From: an uncultured Parachlamydiaceae bacterium
Lineage (GTDB): Bacteria; Chlamydiota; Chlamydiia; Chlamydiales; Parachlamydiaceae
Assembly (NCBI GenBank): GCA_963742415.1
Contig: CAVULX010000003.1
Span: 288,001-352,000, forward strand
Length of the DNA stretch: 64,000 nucleotides
Direction: 5' to 3'
Position 1 is the stretch's first letter. Every line of letters starts with the position of its first letter. Made by a program: the position numbers and the translations under genes. Positions 53,729 through 62,847 of this stretch are shown piece after piece. The notes beneath the pieces are model-generated. The model was not told where the DNA came from and did no database searches. It saw only the letters and a program-made list of their open reading frames with translations.

Positions 53729-54790
53729 GTGCTCATGCTTCGATTAGTCATCATTTTATGTATCTCCATTTTGCCCTGCCTAAATTCTCAATTACTCGCT
53801 AATATTGCTTCTAACAATGAACAAAAATGCGTCTTAGTTGTTGGCGGGGCAGGATTCATTGGGGCGCATGTCAATAAACTGCTTGGCCAGCAAGGATACC
53901 AAACTATTGTTTTAGATAATTTGTCAAAAGGTTATCAGCAAAATGTTTTGTCGGGCATTTTTGTTCAGGGGGACATGGCAGATTCAGCATTGTTAGACCA
54001 TCTTTTTACTACTTATCCGATCGAAGCTGTGATCCATTTTGCCGCATATACGGAGGTAGGAGAATCGGTAGAAAATCCACTAAAATATTATAGGAACAAT
54101 GTTATAAATACTTTGAATCTCTTAGAAGCTATGCAGCGGCATGGAGTCAACATTTTCATTTTTTCATCTTCAGCGGCTGTTTATGGGACGCCTCTTCAAG
54201 ATTATGTCACGGAAACCCATCCTTGCAATCCTATCAATCCTTATGGTCAATCCAAACTGATCGTAGAACATATTCTTCCCGATTTAGACCGAGCCTATCA
54301 TTTACGTTATTGCTGTCTTCGTTACTTTAATGTGGCTGGAAATGATCCGGAGGGGCATCTGAAAAATTACAAATCAAAAGAGGCTAATCTTATTCCGATT
54401 GTTTTGCGTTCTATTCAATCCAATCGTCCCATCACTATTTTTGGGACAGATTATTCGACGCCGGATGGAACGTGCATTCGGGATTACATTCATGTAGAAG
54501 ATTTAGCTAACGCGCACATTGCGGCATTAAAAAAATTGCTAAATGGAGCCCCTTCTTGTTGTTACAATTTGGGCAATGGAAGAGGATATAGTGTACGGCA
54601 AGTCTTAGATGCTGCAGAAAAGGTGACAAAAAATTCCATTACTGTTGTTGAAGGACCGAGGAGGCCTGGAGATCCTGCGGTTATTATGGCGGATTCTTCT
54701 AAAGCATGGGTGGAACTAGATTGGAAGCCTCAATATAATTCTATTGAAGAGATGGTTGAACACGCCTGGAACGGCATGCAAGCCCCATAA
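53729..54790 (+). CDS. galE: UDP-glucose/GlcNAc 4-epimerase with N-terminal signal-like extension
   Basis: VVGGAGFIGAH, HFAAYTEVGES, FSSSAAVYG, PYGQSK, LRYFNVAG, DGTCIRDYIHV, RRPGDP. Confidence 0.92.
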   Translation: MLMLRLVIILCISILPCLNSQLLANIASNNEQKCVLVVGGAGFIGAHVNKLLGQQGYQTIVLDNLSKGYQQNVLSGIFVQGDMADSALLDHLFTTYPIEAVIHFAAYTEVGESVENPLKYYRNNVINTLNLLEAMQRHGVNIFIFSSSAAVYGTPLQDYVTETHPCNPINPYGQSKLIVEHILPDLDRAYHLRYCCLRYFNVAGNDPEGHLKNYKSKEANLIPIVLRSIQSNRPITIFGTDYSTPDGTCIRDYIHVEDLANAHIAALKKLLNGAPSCCYNLGNGRGYSVRQVLDAAEKVTKNSITVVEGPRRPGDPAVIMADSSKAWVELDWKPQYNSIEEMVEHAWNGMQAP

Positions 54791-54942
54791 ATATCAGATT
54801 CGAAAAAATGATGTTGCATGATTCATTATGCCTAAGTTCCTGCTCAAATTTTCATAGTTTCTCATAGTTTTTCATTTTTATTATTTAACCATTTTGTTAT
54901 CATTATTGTTCTATAATACATATTAAAACCAAACTAATTTTT

Positions 54943-56610
54943 ATGCAGATAAACTTTCTTGTAACTTTGAAACCTCTATCTCCCCACTTTGGAAACTATG
55001 TTTGCCATAAAATAAAATCATCTTTTAAGCGGGATACTTATTCTTCTTTTGCGGTTAAAGTGATTTTTAGTTTTGGCACTTATTTGTTGTATAAAACTTG
55101 TTATACCACTGTATCTGCCAGCTGGAAGTATTTTCATAGAAATTCTGAAAAGCTAAGTTTTCTGGAAAAAAAAGCTTATAGGCTCTCTAACGACATTATT
55201 TTAAATAACGAGTTAGGGTTATACCGGTTGCATAATACTGAAGACGGAATAGAGTTTCACAAATTAGATGATTCGGCAGAAAACCTAAAGCCCCTATCTG
55301 CAAAATCTTTTGCTACTTATGACTGCTCATCTTTAGATGGTTACATTATGTATGCTCCTAAGGGGATGGGATCTGAAAAAATGATAGATAAACTCTGTCT
55401 AGCTTCGACAAATTCACTAGTCGAGCAAGCAGAAACTCTATCATCCATGAAATCATCTGCTCGAAGCAAGATTGAAGGTGTTCTCTATGTTGAAAGTGAT
55501 CGATCGGGATGCATTAATTTAGATAACACGTTTAAATTTTCTGAGAGAATAAAAACTGTTGATGGAAGGCCGTTAAAAGTGGCCCCTTCGGATGTCTACA
55601 TCCCATGCCAAGGTTATTTCAAACAAACTCCCCATTTTCCTTTAAATAAGGACGCAGATGGTCATTCTTATACCTTCATTTATTTACCCTCTTCCCTATT
55701 TGAAAATGTTAAAGAGGGCGAATTTTTGAAATTTTATTACGATGATATGCTTGTCGAAATCAAATGCCAACAACATTGTCATCCCATGAGTAAAGCAAGG
55801 CAAGTCAATTTTGAAGAAGCAGTGCAAGACGTGAAAAACTGTGTTAAGAGAGAAGGTAAAGACATTTTATTTACCGAAGATCTTTATAAAAATGTTCTAC
55901 CAAAGAATGATGACTTTGCTCCCTCGGTCAAAATAACCGATGAAAATCGTTATGATCTTTTCCTAGAGCTCCCCCCTCCCAAGAACAAACAGGAGAGTGG
56001 AATTTGGTTTAAAGGGAAATTTCTTGGCGAAAAAATAAATCAAATTGATTTATCAGGTGAAGTCATCGATACAATTTCCAGCATGAAGTTTTATAAACGA
56101 GATGAAACAAAGAACGGTCCAGCGTACGAAACTTTCGATGTGCAATACGTCCCTGCAGATCCAGAAGAAGAGGAGGAATATGGTGTATTTGATCGCTATT
56201 TTTTTAATCGAGTTTTCAAAACTAAAATTAACTTAGAAGATTTACATCTCTTTGAATCTATTGGCGTTTCAGGCCAATATCGGTTGTTAATCATACTTCC
56301 CCACAAGCCCGATGAAAACGATCCGAATAAATTTATAAAAAATCTCTATAAAGATATTTCTGATGACGAAAAAAGCCTCTCAGATTCGTCGGAATGGGAA
56401 ATCAGTCAAGGTGAAGGAAAGAGAGAAAAGGAATATTCAAGTCACGAGCCTCAACAGTTTCGTTTGGCTGGATATCATCACGGCAAATATACCATACTAA
56501 CTTCACCAACTCCTCCAGCAAGCAAGAAAATATTTTTTAATGATGATGGGGTTTTGCAAGTCGATTTCGAACTAAGCTCTGCCGAACTCAAAGAGTTCGA
56601 TGACCTCTAA
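54943..56610 (+). CDS. hypothetical protein
   Basis: 555-aa ORF with no recognised motif, followed by a terminator. Confidence 0.75.
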   Translation: MQINFLVTLKPLSPHFGNYVCHKIKSSFKRDTYSSFAVKVIFSFGTYLLYKTCYTTVSASWKYFHRNSEKLSFLEKKAYRLSNDIILNNELGLYRLHNTEDGIEFHKLDDSAENLKPLSAKSFATYDCSSLDGYIMYAPKGMGSEKMIDKLCLASTNSLVEQAETLSSMKSSARSKIEGVLYVESDRSGCINLDNTFKFSERIKTVDGRPLKVAPSDVYIPCQGYFKQTPHFPLNKDADGHSYTFIYLPSSLFENVKEGEFLKFYYDDMLVEIKCQQHCHPMSKARQVNFEEAVQDVKNCVKREGKDILFTEDLYKNVLPKNDDFAPSVKITDENRYDLFLELPPPKNKQESGIWFKGKFLGEKINQIDLSGEVIDTISSMKFYKRDETKNGPAYETFDVQYVPADPEEEEEYGVFDRYFFNRVFKTKINLEDLHLFESIGVSGQYRLLIILPHKPDENDPNKFIKNLYKDISDDEKSLSDSSEWEISQGEGKREKEYSSHEPQQFRLAGYHHGKYTILTSPTPPASKKIFFNDDGVLQVDFELSSAELKEFDDL

Positions 56611-56717
56611 GATTTTTTTTCGATTGTATGGCCAAAAATAATCTAGTGTTGTCAGGATGTACACATAGAGATGCGATCCACCAACTTGTGCAATAGTCGA
56701 TCCTGAATTTAGTATAA

Positions 56718-56748
56718 AAAAGCCTTTTCAAATAGAGAAAAGGCTTTT
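56718..56748. terminator. bidirectional intrinsic terminator-like hairpin
   Basis: AAAAGCCTTTTC-aaataga-GAAAAGGCTTTT. Confidence 0.65.
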
Positions 56749-56847
56749 CTTTCATAAAATTTTCTGATAAAATTTTGCAAGAAAACGAACGTTATCTCAT
56801 CAAAAGCTTGCAAATTTTTACTCGAAACTGTCTTCTATGAAGAATAG

Positions 56848-57051
56848 AATCTTATGCCGTCCTTACAGGACTCTGTTTTATTTGTATTTAACCCAGGCCT
56901 TCGCTTCGCTACGACCTGGGCTATGATATTCCGCGCCTTCGGCGCTGAAAACCGGCCTGAAGGGCCGAAATGTTTCAGCCCAGGTCGTAGCGAAGCGAAG
57001 GCCTGGGTTAAATACAAATAAAACAGAGTCCTGTAAGGACGGCATAAGATT
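56848..57051. repeat. 204-bp palindromic REP/MITE-like doublet
   Basis: Perfect 75-bp IRs (56848-56922 and 56977-57051) around a 54-nt centre with two small GC hairpins. Confidence 0.9.
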
Positions 57052-57462
57052 TTATATTTGTAGATATAGATAGGGGACTTTGAAATGTTTTAATTGGCTT
57101 TCCCTTATCTTTTGCAAAAGATGATCGCAGCCCAATATTCGGCTTAGTTTATTTTTCTCGAACCATGTTTTGCCGGATAAAGATTGAAATTCTTTTTCAG
57201 TTAAGAGCCTGTTGGTTTGTCTAAGATTTTTTAGAAAAGGAAGAATTGTATCATATTTAGTAGCAACATCCATAAAGTTCGAGATAATTGAGGGCCCTGA
57301 AAAACTTGGTATTTGAGGTTTCATCCCCAAATCATTCAATTGTCTTACTAAATCGACATTATCTTTTTCATTAGCTTCTTGATAGATGGCTCTTTGAGAC
57401 ATGATATCAAGCTTACTGAAATTTTGGAGCGAAAAAGAATTTGTATTTAAATTTGTGTTCAT
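57052..57462 (-). CDS. hypothetical protein, possibly truncated at the palindromic element
   Basis: 136 aa; the stop codon abuts the element end at 57051. Confidence 0.55.
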   Translation of the reverse strand: MNTNLNTNSFSLQNFSKLDIMSQRAIYQEANEKDNVDLVRQLNDLGMKPQIPSFSGPSIISNFMDVATKYDTILPFLKNLRQTNRLLTEKEFQSLSGKTWFEKNKLSRILGCDHLLQKIRESQLKHFKVPYLYLQI

Positions 57463-57748
57463 TAATTCACATTTTAATAATTATTTAAAAACTATATATA
57501 AAATTTATTAATGATATAACAATTTTTAAATTAAAAGTAAAATTATTTTTTATGTGGGCAATTTAGAAAGTTCAGGTTTTTGATAGAAATACCCTCTTTG
57601 TAAATAAGGGTGTATCAAAAATTCTAGGCAAATTTTAAGGAATAGCAATGTTTTTCCCTACAAATTTATGCTTTTTTGTATTTTTGCAGGAGTGAAGAAT
57701 TAGTTTCTTCCTGCTATATTGATCTCATCGGGAAATATCTTAAAACAA

Positions 57749-60700
57749 ATGCCCTACGATCGTCACAATCTCAATATCTCTTTGAAAGCCAACAAAATCC
57801 TTAATGTGATTCTTGTGGCGTTGATGCTCATTTTATTGCGCATCTGGCATCTGACTGTCATCCAGCATGAGGAAAAATTGGAAGAATCGCGCAAACCCCA
57901 GCTGAGAACGGTTCTTGAACCTGCTAAAAGGGGAACAATTAGAGACCGGTTCAATCTTCCGTTAGCTTTGAATAAAATCCAATATAACGCCGCGATCATT
58001 TATTCCCCTTTGAAGCAAATTCCTTCTACAGCTTGGGTGAAGACAGAAGATGGGAAAAGGACTAAAATCTTTAAAAGGAAAGAATACATTAAAAAGCTAT
58101 CTCTCATGCTTGCTAGAGAGCTCAACCTGGATCCTGAAAGGCTTGAGGACCTCATTCATGCCAAAGCTTCCCTTTATTATAACATCCCTTTTGTCATTAA
58201 AGAAAATCTCACGGAAAAAGAATACTACCGGCTGAAAATGGGGGAGAAAGATTGGATAGGAATCCATGTCCAGCATGTTCCAAAGCGTTATTATCCAAAA
58301 GGGAAAGTAGGGTCTGATGTCATCGGATATATGGGGGCCATCAACAAGCAAGAATATGAAACGATTTTGGAAGAGATTCAGACATTAGAGATTTATCTAC
58401 AAGAGTGTGATGAAGGGGTTTCACCGGAATTACCCGGAGGGGTTATGACGCATGCTGAAGCCTTGAAACGGTTGAAAGACTTGCAAGAGCACGCTTATAC
58501 AATCACCGATTACGTGGGAAAAGCTGGCGTGGAAGGGAAGTTTGAAGAAGAGTTGAGAGGTTATCAGGGGCAAAGAGTCTATTATTCTGATGCCCGTGGA
58601 AATTTTCTACACGAGGTCGATACATCCCGTCAACCCCTTTCAGGAAGAAGGCTTTTGCTTACCCTTTCCTCCGAACTCCAAGAATATGCTGAAATTCTTT
58701 TAGCCCAAAATGAAAGGATACGGGACACAAAAACCTGTAGCCTGGATTTGATCAAGCAAACAATCACCTCGGCTAGGCAACCCTGGATCAAAGGGGGAAG
58801 CATTTTGGCCATGGATCCAAAAACAGGGGAAATATTGGCTATGGCGTCCTATCCTCGATATGATCCAAACGATTTTATCGCTTCAGGAAATCGGGATGTG
58901 AATAAACAAAAACAAATGAATATTGGAAAATGGTTTGAACATGAAAATTATTTAGGCGATATTTGGGATCAAAAATGCCCTTTAGAAAGGGAATTTTTCG
59001 ATGACAACACACAGTCATTTTTCGATCAAAAAAAAGAACTCACCTGGAAGACTTATTTGTCTTTCATTTTGCCCGCTCATCATCCCATCACAGCTTTTCT
59101 TTCAACGGGAAAACTTAAAACCGCCATTGATCTGCAACATCAAGTTGAAACACTACTGGCACTCAGCGGACAGGATAATATTTACAAACTTTTTAACGCT
59201 ATTTACCCACAGCCGGAGCATATCCCTTATTCTCCAAAAATTTCAGCAGAGGAAAAAAAATCTCTAGAAGTTAACTTGAAAGTGCATGCAAAGCAGATTC
59301 ACCAAATCAAACAAAAGTTGAGTCGCCTCTTTGACGTCATCCCTGAAAATTACGATAAAGTTCTTTTAGCCGATTTGTGCAGAATGTTGGTTCGGAAAGA
59401 TGATTTTTCCCAAGATCTCTTGGTTAAGGTTGAGCACAAAAGCTTAGAAGGCTTTCGGGAAGCTTGTGCGGCGCGTGCGATTCTTTTTAACGTCATAAAA
59501 AAAATGACGAAAGAGCTCTATCACGACGTTTCTTTTAAAGAGTGGCGTAAAAACAACGAAACTCAATTCTTAAAAGAAAAACGGCTTTGGGAAAGGCGTG
59601 AGAAACGTTATTCTAAACCTTATATTGATTACTTGGATGCAAAAGAATCGGAATTGTTTGAGCTGTTTTGGAATCAAAATAAATGGCAATTCCTCTTGGC
59701 ATTTTTAAGAGGAAGCTCTACTGAAAACTTGGAATTACAACCTTATAATTCCTTCTTAAATCAATGGTGTATAGAAATCAAAAATGGAGCCCATGCTGAA
59801 TGTGAATGGATCCAAGCCTACCAAACCCTAAAAAAAAATCAAAGCTCGCTAGATGAGGAATCAGCCCTTGCTTTTTTGAAAACAATGAGAAGTTTTCATG
59901 AACTGGATAGACCCCTTTTTGGAAAATACCGACATTTGCGAAAACAAAAAGGGATCCACCTTGAAAAGCATTTGGCTATGGGATTCTATCCAGCTCAAGG
60001 TTTTGGATATGCACGTTCTCAAGCCTATAGGCAAGCCGCGCCGCAAGGATCTATCTTCAAACTTGTCACAACCTATGCTGCTTTAACGCAAAGATTTCAT
60101 GAATTAGGAGAGAACAATATCTCAATCAAAACTCTAAACCCTTTAGTTATGACAGATCATACCCACCGGCAAGGGAAAGATATTTACATGGGTTATCATG
60201 CTAATAACACTCCTATACCCCGCTCGTACAAAGGGGGGCGTTTGCCCCGCAGCACCCATGTGATTGGGAAAATTGATTTATTAAAAGCGCTTGAAAACTC
60301 CAGCAATCCTTATTTTTCTTTGCTAGCAGGGGATGTCCTTCATTCCCCCGAAGACTTAGCTCATGCTGCACGGAAGTTTTCATACGGAAGCCAAACAGGG
60401 ATCGATCTCCCTTCAGAGATCCCGGGCAATATTCCAACAGATTTGTCCACAAATAAAACTGGCCTCTATTCCATGGCCATCGGTCAACATTCCCTTGTCG
60501 TCACCCCTCTGCAAACGGCTGTAATGCTATCTGCCATCGCAAATGGGGGTTATGTTGTCAAACCCAAAATTCTCCATCTCGCCGCAGGAAAAAAACCCAA
60601 AAGGCTTTTGGAGGACAATGCTTCCCCCCTGTATCATTTTCCCACCATTGCAGACAAAATGAAATTTTGCATCCGCTCCCAAATTGATGAAAACCCCCAT

Positions 60701-61189
60701 CCCAGTGACCTCATTACTCGCTATCAATCGACGATTCAAAGGGAAATTTTTTTCCCTTCTATCATCCGCCACATCCTCTTAGAAGGGATGCGCCGGGTTG
60801 TCATTAAAACACAAGAAGAGTGTTTAGCCAGCCTTTCCCGTTTTTACAAAGACTATCCCGAAGCGATCGGCGATTACTTAGACCTTAAAGACGATTTAGT
60901 CGGCAAGACAAGCACTGCAGAAGTCGCGGAACATCTCGACTTGGATTTACATACCGGAACTAACATGTATACACACGTTTGGTTCGGGGGGGTTGCTTTT
61001 GATAACGAAGCCAACGGTCAAAACAAATTTGTCTTTAACGACCCCTTTGGCAATCCCGAACTCGTGGTCGTTGTTTATCTCCGCTATGGAGCATATGGGA
61101 AGGAGGCAGCCCCTCTAGCTGCTCAAATTGTAAAAAAATGGCGGGAAATAAAAAAACATCACTTAAATTTGAATTTAAATTCTTCATAA
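57749..61189 (+). CDS. pbp2: penicillin-binding protein 2, chlamydial large form
   Basis: TM anchor, PAKRGTIRDR, RYYPKG, VGKAGVE, MDPKTGEILAMASYP, GSIFK (SxxK), SSN (SxN), GKTS; long internal insertion. Confidence 0.9.
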   Translation: MPYDRHNLNISLKANKILNVILVALMLILLRIWHLTVIQHEEKLEESRKPQLRTVLEPAKRGTIRDRFNLPLALNKIQYNAAIIYSPLKQIPSTAWVKTEDGKRTKIFKRKEYIKKLSLMLARELNLDPERLEDLIHAKASLYYNIPFVIKENLTEKEYYRLKMGEKDWIGIHVQHVPKRYYPKGKVGSDVIGYMGAINKQEYETILEEIQTLEIYLQECDEGVSPELPGGVMTHAEALKRLKDLQEHAYTITDYVGKAGVEGKFEEELRGYQGQRVYYSDARGNFLHEVDTSRQPLSGRRLLLTLSSELQEYAEILLAQNERIRDTKTCSLDLIKQTITSARQPWIKGGSILAMDPKTGEILAMASYPRYDPNDFIASGNRDVNKQKQMNIGKWFEHENYLGDIWDQKCPLEREFFDDNTQSFFDQKKELTWKTYLSFILPAHHPITAFLSTGKLKTAIDLQHQVETLLALSGQDNIYKLFNAIYPQPEHIPYSPKISAEEKKSLEVNLKVHAKQIHQIKQKLSRLFDVIPENYDKVLLADLCRMLVRKDDFSQDLLVKVEHKSLEGFREACAARAILFNVIKKMTKELYHDVSFKEWRKNNETQFLKEKRLWERREKRYSKPYIDYLDAKESELFELFWNQNKWQFLLAFLRGSSTENLELQPYNSFLNQWCIEIKNGAHAECEWIQAYQTLKKNQSSLDEESALAFLKTMRSFHELDRPLFGKYRHLRKQKGIHLEKHLAMGFYPAQGFGYARSQAYRQAAPQGSIFKLVTTYAALTQRFHELGENNISIKTLNPLVMTDHTHRQGKDIYMGYHANNTPIPRSYKGGRLPRSTHVIGKIDLLKALENSSNPYFSLLAGDVLHSPEDLAHAARKFSYGSQTGIDLPSEIPGNIPTDLSTNKTGLYSMAIGQHSLVVTPLQTAVMLSAIANGGYVVKPKILHLAAGKKPKRLLEDNASPLYHFPTIADKMKFCIRSQIDENPHPSDLITRYQSTIQREIFFPSIIRHILLEGMRRVVIKTQEECLASLSRFYKDYPEAIGDYLDLKDDLVGKTSTAEVAEHLDLDLHTGTNMYTHVWFGGVAFDNEANGQNKFVFNDPFGNPELVVVVYLRYGAYGKEAAPLAAQIVKKWREIKKHHLNLNLNSS

Positions 61190-61208
61190 ATTGAGGTTAA
61201 TAAAATTT

Positions 61209-62729
61209 ATGTCATCATTAGTTGTCAATCCAACCACATTCATACCCACAAACCAAAGCATCGATAACATTTATTTAGAGCCGCGATTTTTCAATCAAGA
61301 AACACCCAAGACATCCCCATTTAAAAACCATCCGGTTGAAACATACGAGGTTGTCACTGAGCATCTTGAAAGAGTTCAGGTTCAAGCGTTAGAATCGAAA
61401 ATGGCTTTACTGCAGGATATGGACAATCAATTAGAAATGCTTTGCAAAGCTCTAAAAGAAGGTGATTTCAAAGCAACCATAATGGGGAATCCAGACTTTC
61501 CTCTACTTTGCCTATTAGCTTTAAAGAAGGAAATGATTGATGGATTGGCTTTTAGTACAAGCCAACTTTTCTTTAATGCGATGACATTCTCAAAGGGAAC
61601 AGAAGAATTCGTCCCTCTTTTTATTGGAGACGCTGTCAACGATCGAGCATGGAAACTTATTAGAGAAACAACTAAACCTTTTCCTGGCGGCCAATTTCAT
61701 ATAATTAAAGGGCTTATACAAAATGATAAAGATAATTTCGAACGAATGAGCAAGGAGCAGCTAAAAACTTTTTTTGACGTAATGAGAACCCTTCCTGCTA
61801 CAGACCGACAATTTCTGCTTATCCCAGATCCCAACCCAATTTGGGGTAATAAATTTACCGAAACCATTACTTCAGGAATTAGCGTGGATCTTGGTATCAA
61901 GTTTAATGTATTTTGCCGCATTTCTGATATCGAAAAAGTCCCAAAACGGATGATTCCATCGAAAGCAATGTATCAAGTTTATTTAGATGTTATGGGTGGC
62001 GAAAATGCACCTACATTGATTTCAAGGTATGGGGCCTTATCCCCCATTGTGAGTTTAAAGAAAGGAATTCCTGAGAACCAAAGAGATTTTCTTATAAATT
62101 CCAATACAAATCTAGCTCCAATCCTAACACCTGTAACTAAGGTTGATGGATTCATCTGTGAATTAAATACTAATGAAGCAGAATATCACGATTTCTTTCA
62201 TGCTGAGATCTTTCGACGCATTCCAAAGACTCACCGAATAATGTTTTATGGCTGCGGAGAAATTTTAGAAGACATGGAAAAAACCGTTAGGGATCCTCAA
62301 ACAAAAAAATGTATGATTGAGTCTTTCACACAAATTTATGATATGGAGCATAGTATTTATCTTCGAAATTTGGATTTTGCCGTGGGTGATGAACAATTTT
62401 GGGTTGGACTTATCAACAACTTTGGACGAGATGATACGTTTATCGAGAAAGAACTTATTAACAACATTATCGATAACGCAGATGTTTGTAAAAAAAAGTA
62501 CCAGATAGACATCGAAAGTTTAATTAATGCAAATTTTCAGATGTATCAAGAACATCTCAGCTTTAGTTATGTCCTTGCGATAATACTTTTGAAAAGCATG
62601 ACAATTAGCTCTTTAGAATTACGAGTCGACGGGAAAACTAAGGAACAACTTCTAGAACTTAGCCAAAACACCAAAAGTTATGTATTGAGAAAAATAGCTT
62701 CTGAAGCTCTTGCTAAGCTAGACAGTTAG
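61209..62729 (+). CDS. hypothetical protein, paralog 1 of a tandem pair
   Basis: About 506 aa from ATG 61209; contains RMIPS and EYHDFFH. Confidence 0.8.
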   Translation: MSSLVVNPTTFIPTNQSIDNIYLEPRFFNQETPKTSPFKNHPVETYEVVTEHLERVQVQALESKMALLQDMDNQLEMLCKALKEGDFKATIMGNPDFPLLCLLALKKEMIDGLAFSTSQLFFNAMTFSKGTEEFVPLFIGDAVNDRAWKLIRETTKPFPGGQFHIIKGLIQNDKDNFERMSKEQLKTFFDVMRTLPATDRQFLLIPDPNPIWGNKFTETITSGISVDLGIKFNVFCRISDIEKVPKRMIPSKAMYQVYLDVMGGENAPTLISRYGALSPIVSLKKGIPENQRDFLINSNTNLAPILTPVTKVDGFICELNTNEAEYHDFFHAEIFRRIPKTHRIMFYGCGEILEDMEKTVRDPQTKKCMIESFTQIYDMEHSIYLRNLDFAVGDEQFWVGLINNFGRDDTFIEKELINNIIDNADVCKKKYQIDIESLINANFQMYQEHLSFSYVLAIILLKSMTISSLELRVDGKTKEQLLELSQNTKSYVLRKIASEALAKLDS

Positions 62730-62847
62730 AATTTGGCAATGCCAAATTTTCAACGTTATTCGGTATTACTTGAATTTAAATTCAAATTCTTCTTAAATTA
62801 AGATATTATTAAACTTTTTAATTTATAAACAACCATATAATAAATCT

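Noticed and set aside
56835-57017. 60-aa ORF across the palindrome
   Set aside because: It is a by-product of the repeat sequence, with no RBS or coding signature
57749-61189. Unusually long PBP2 with KTS in place of KTG
   Set aside because: Large PBP2 proteins with insertions are typical of chlamydiae
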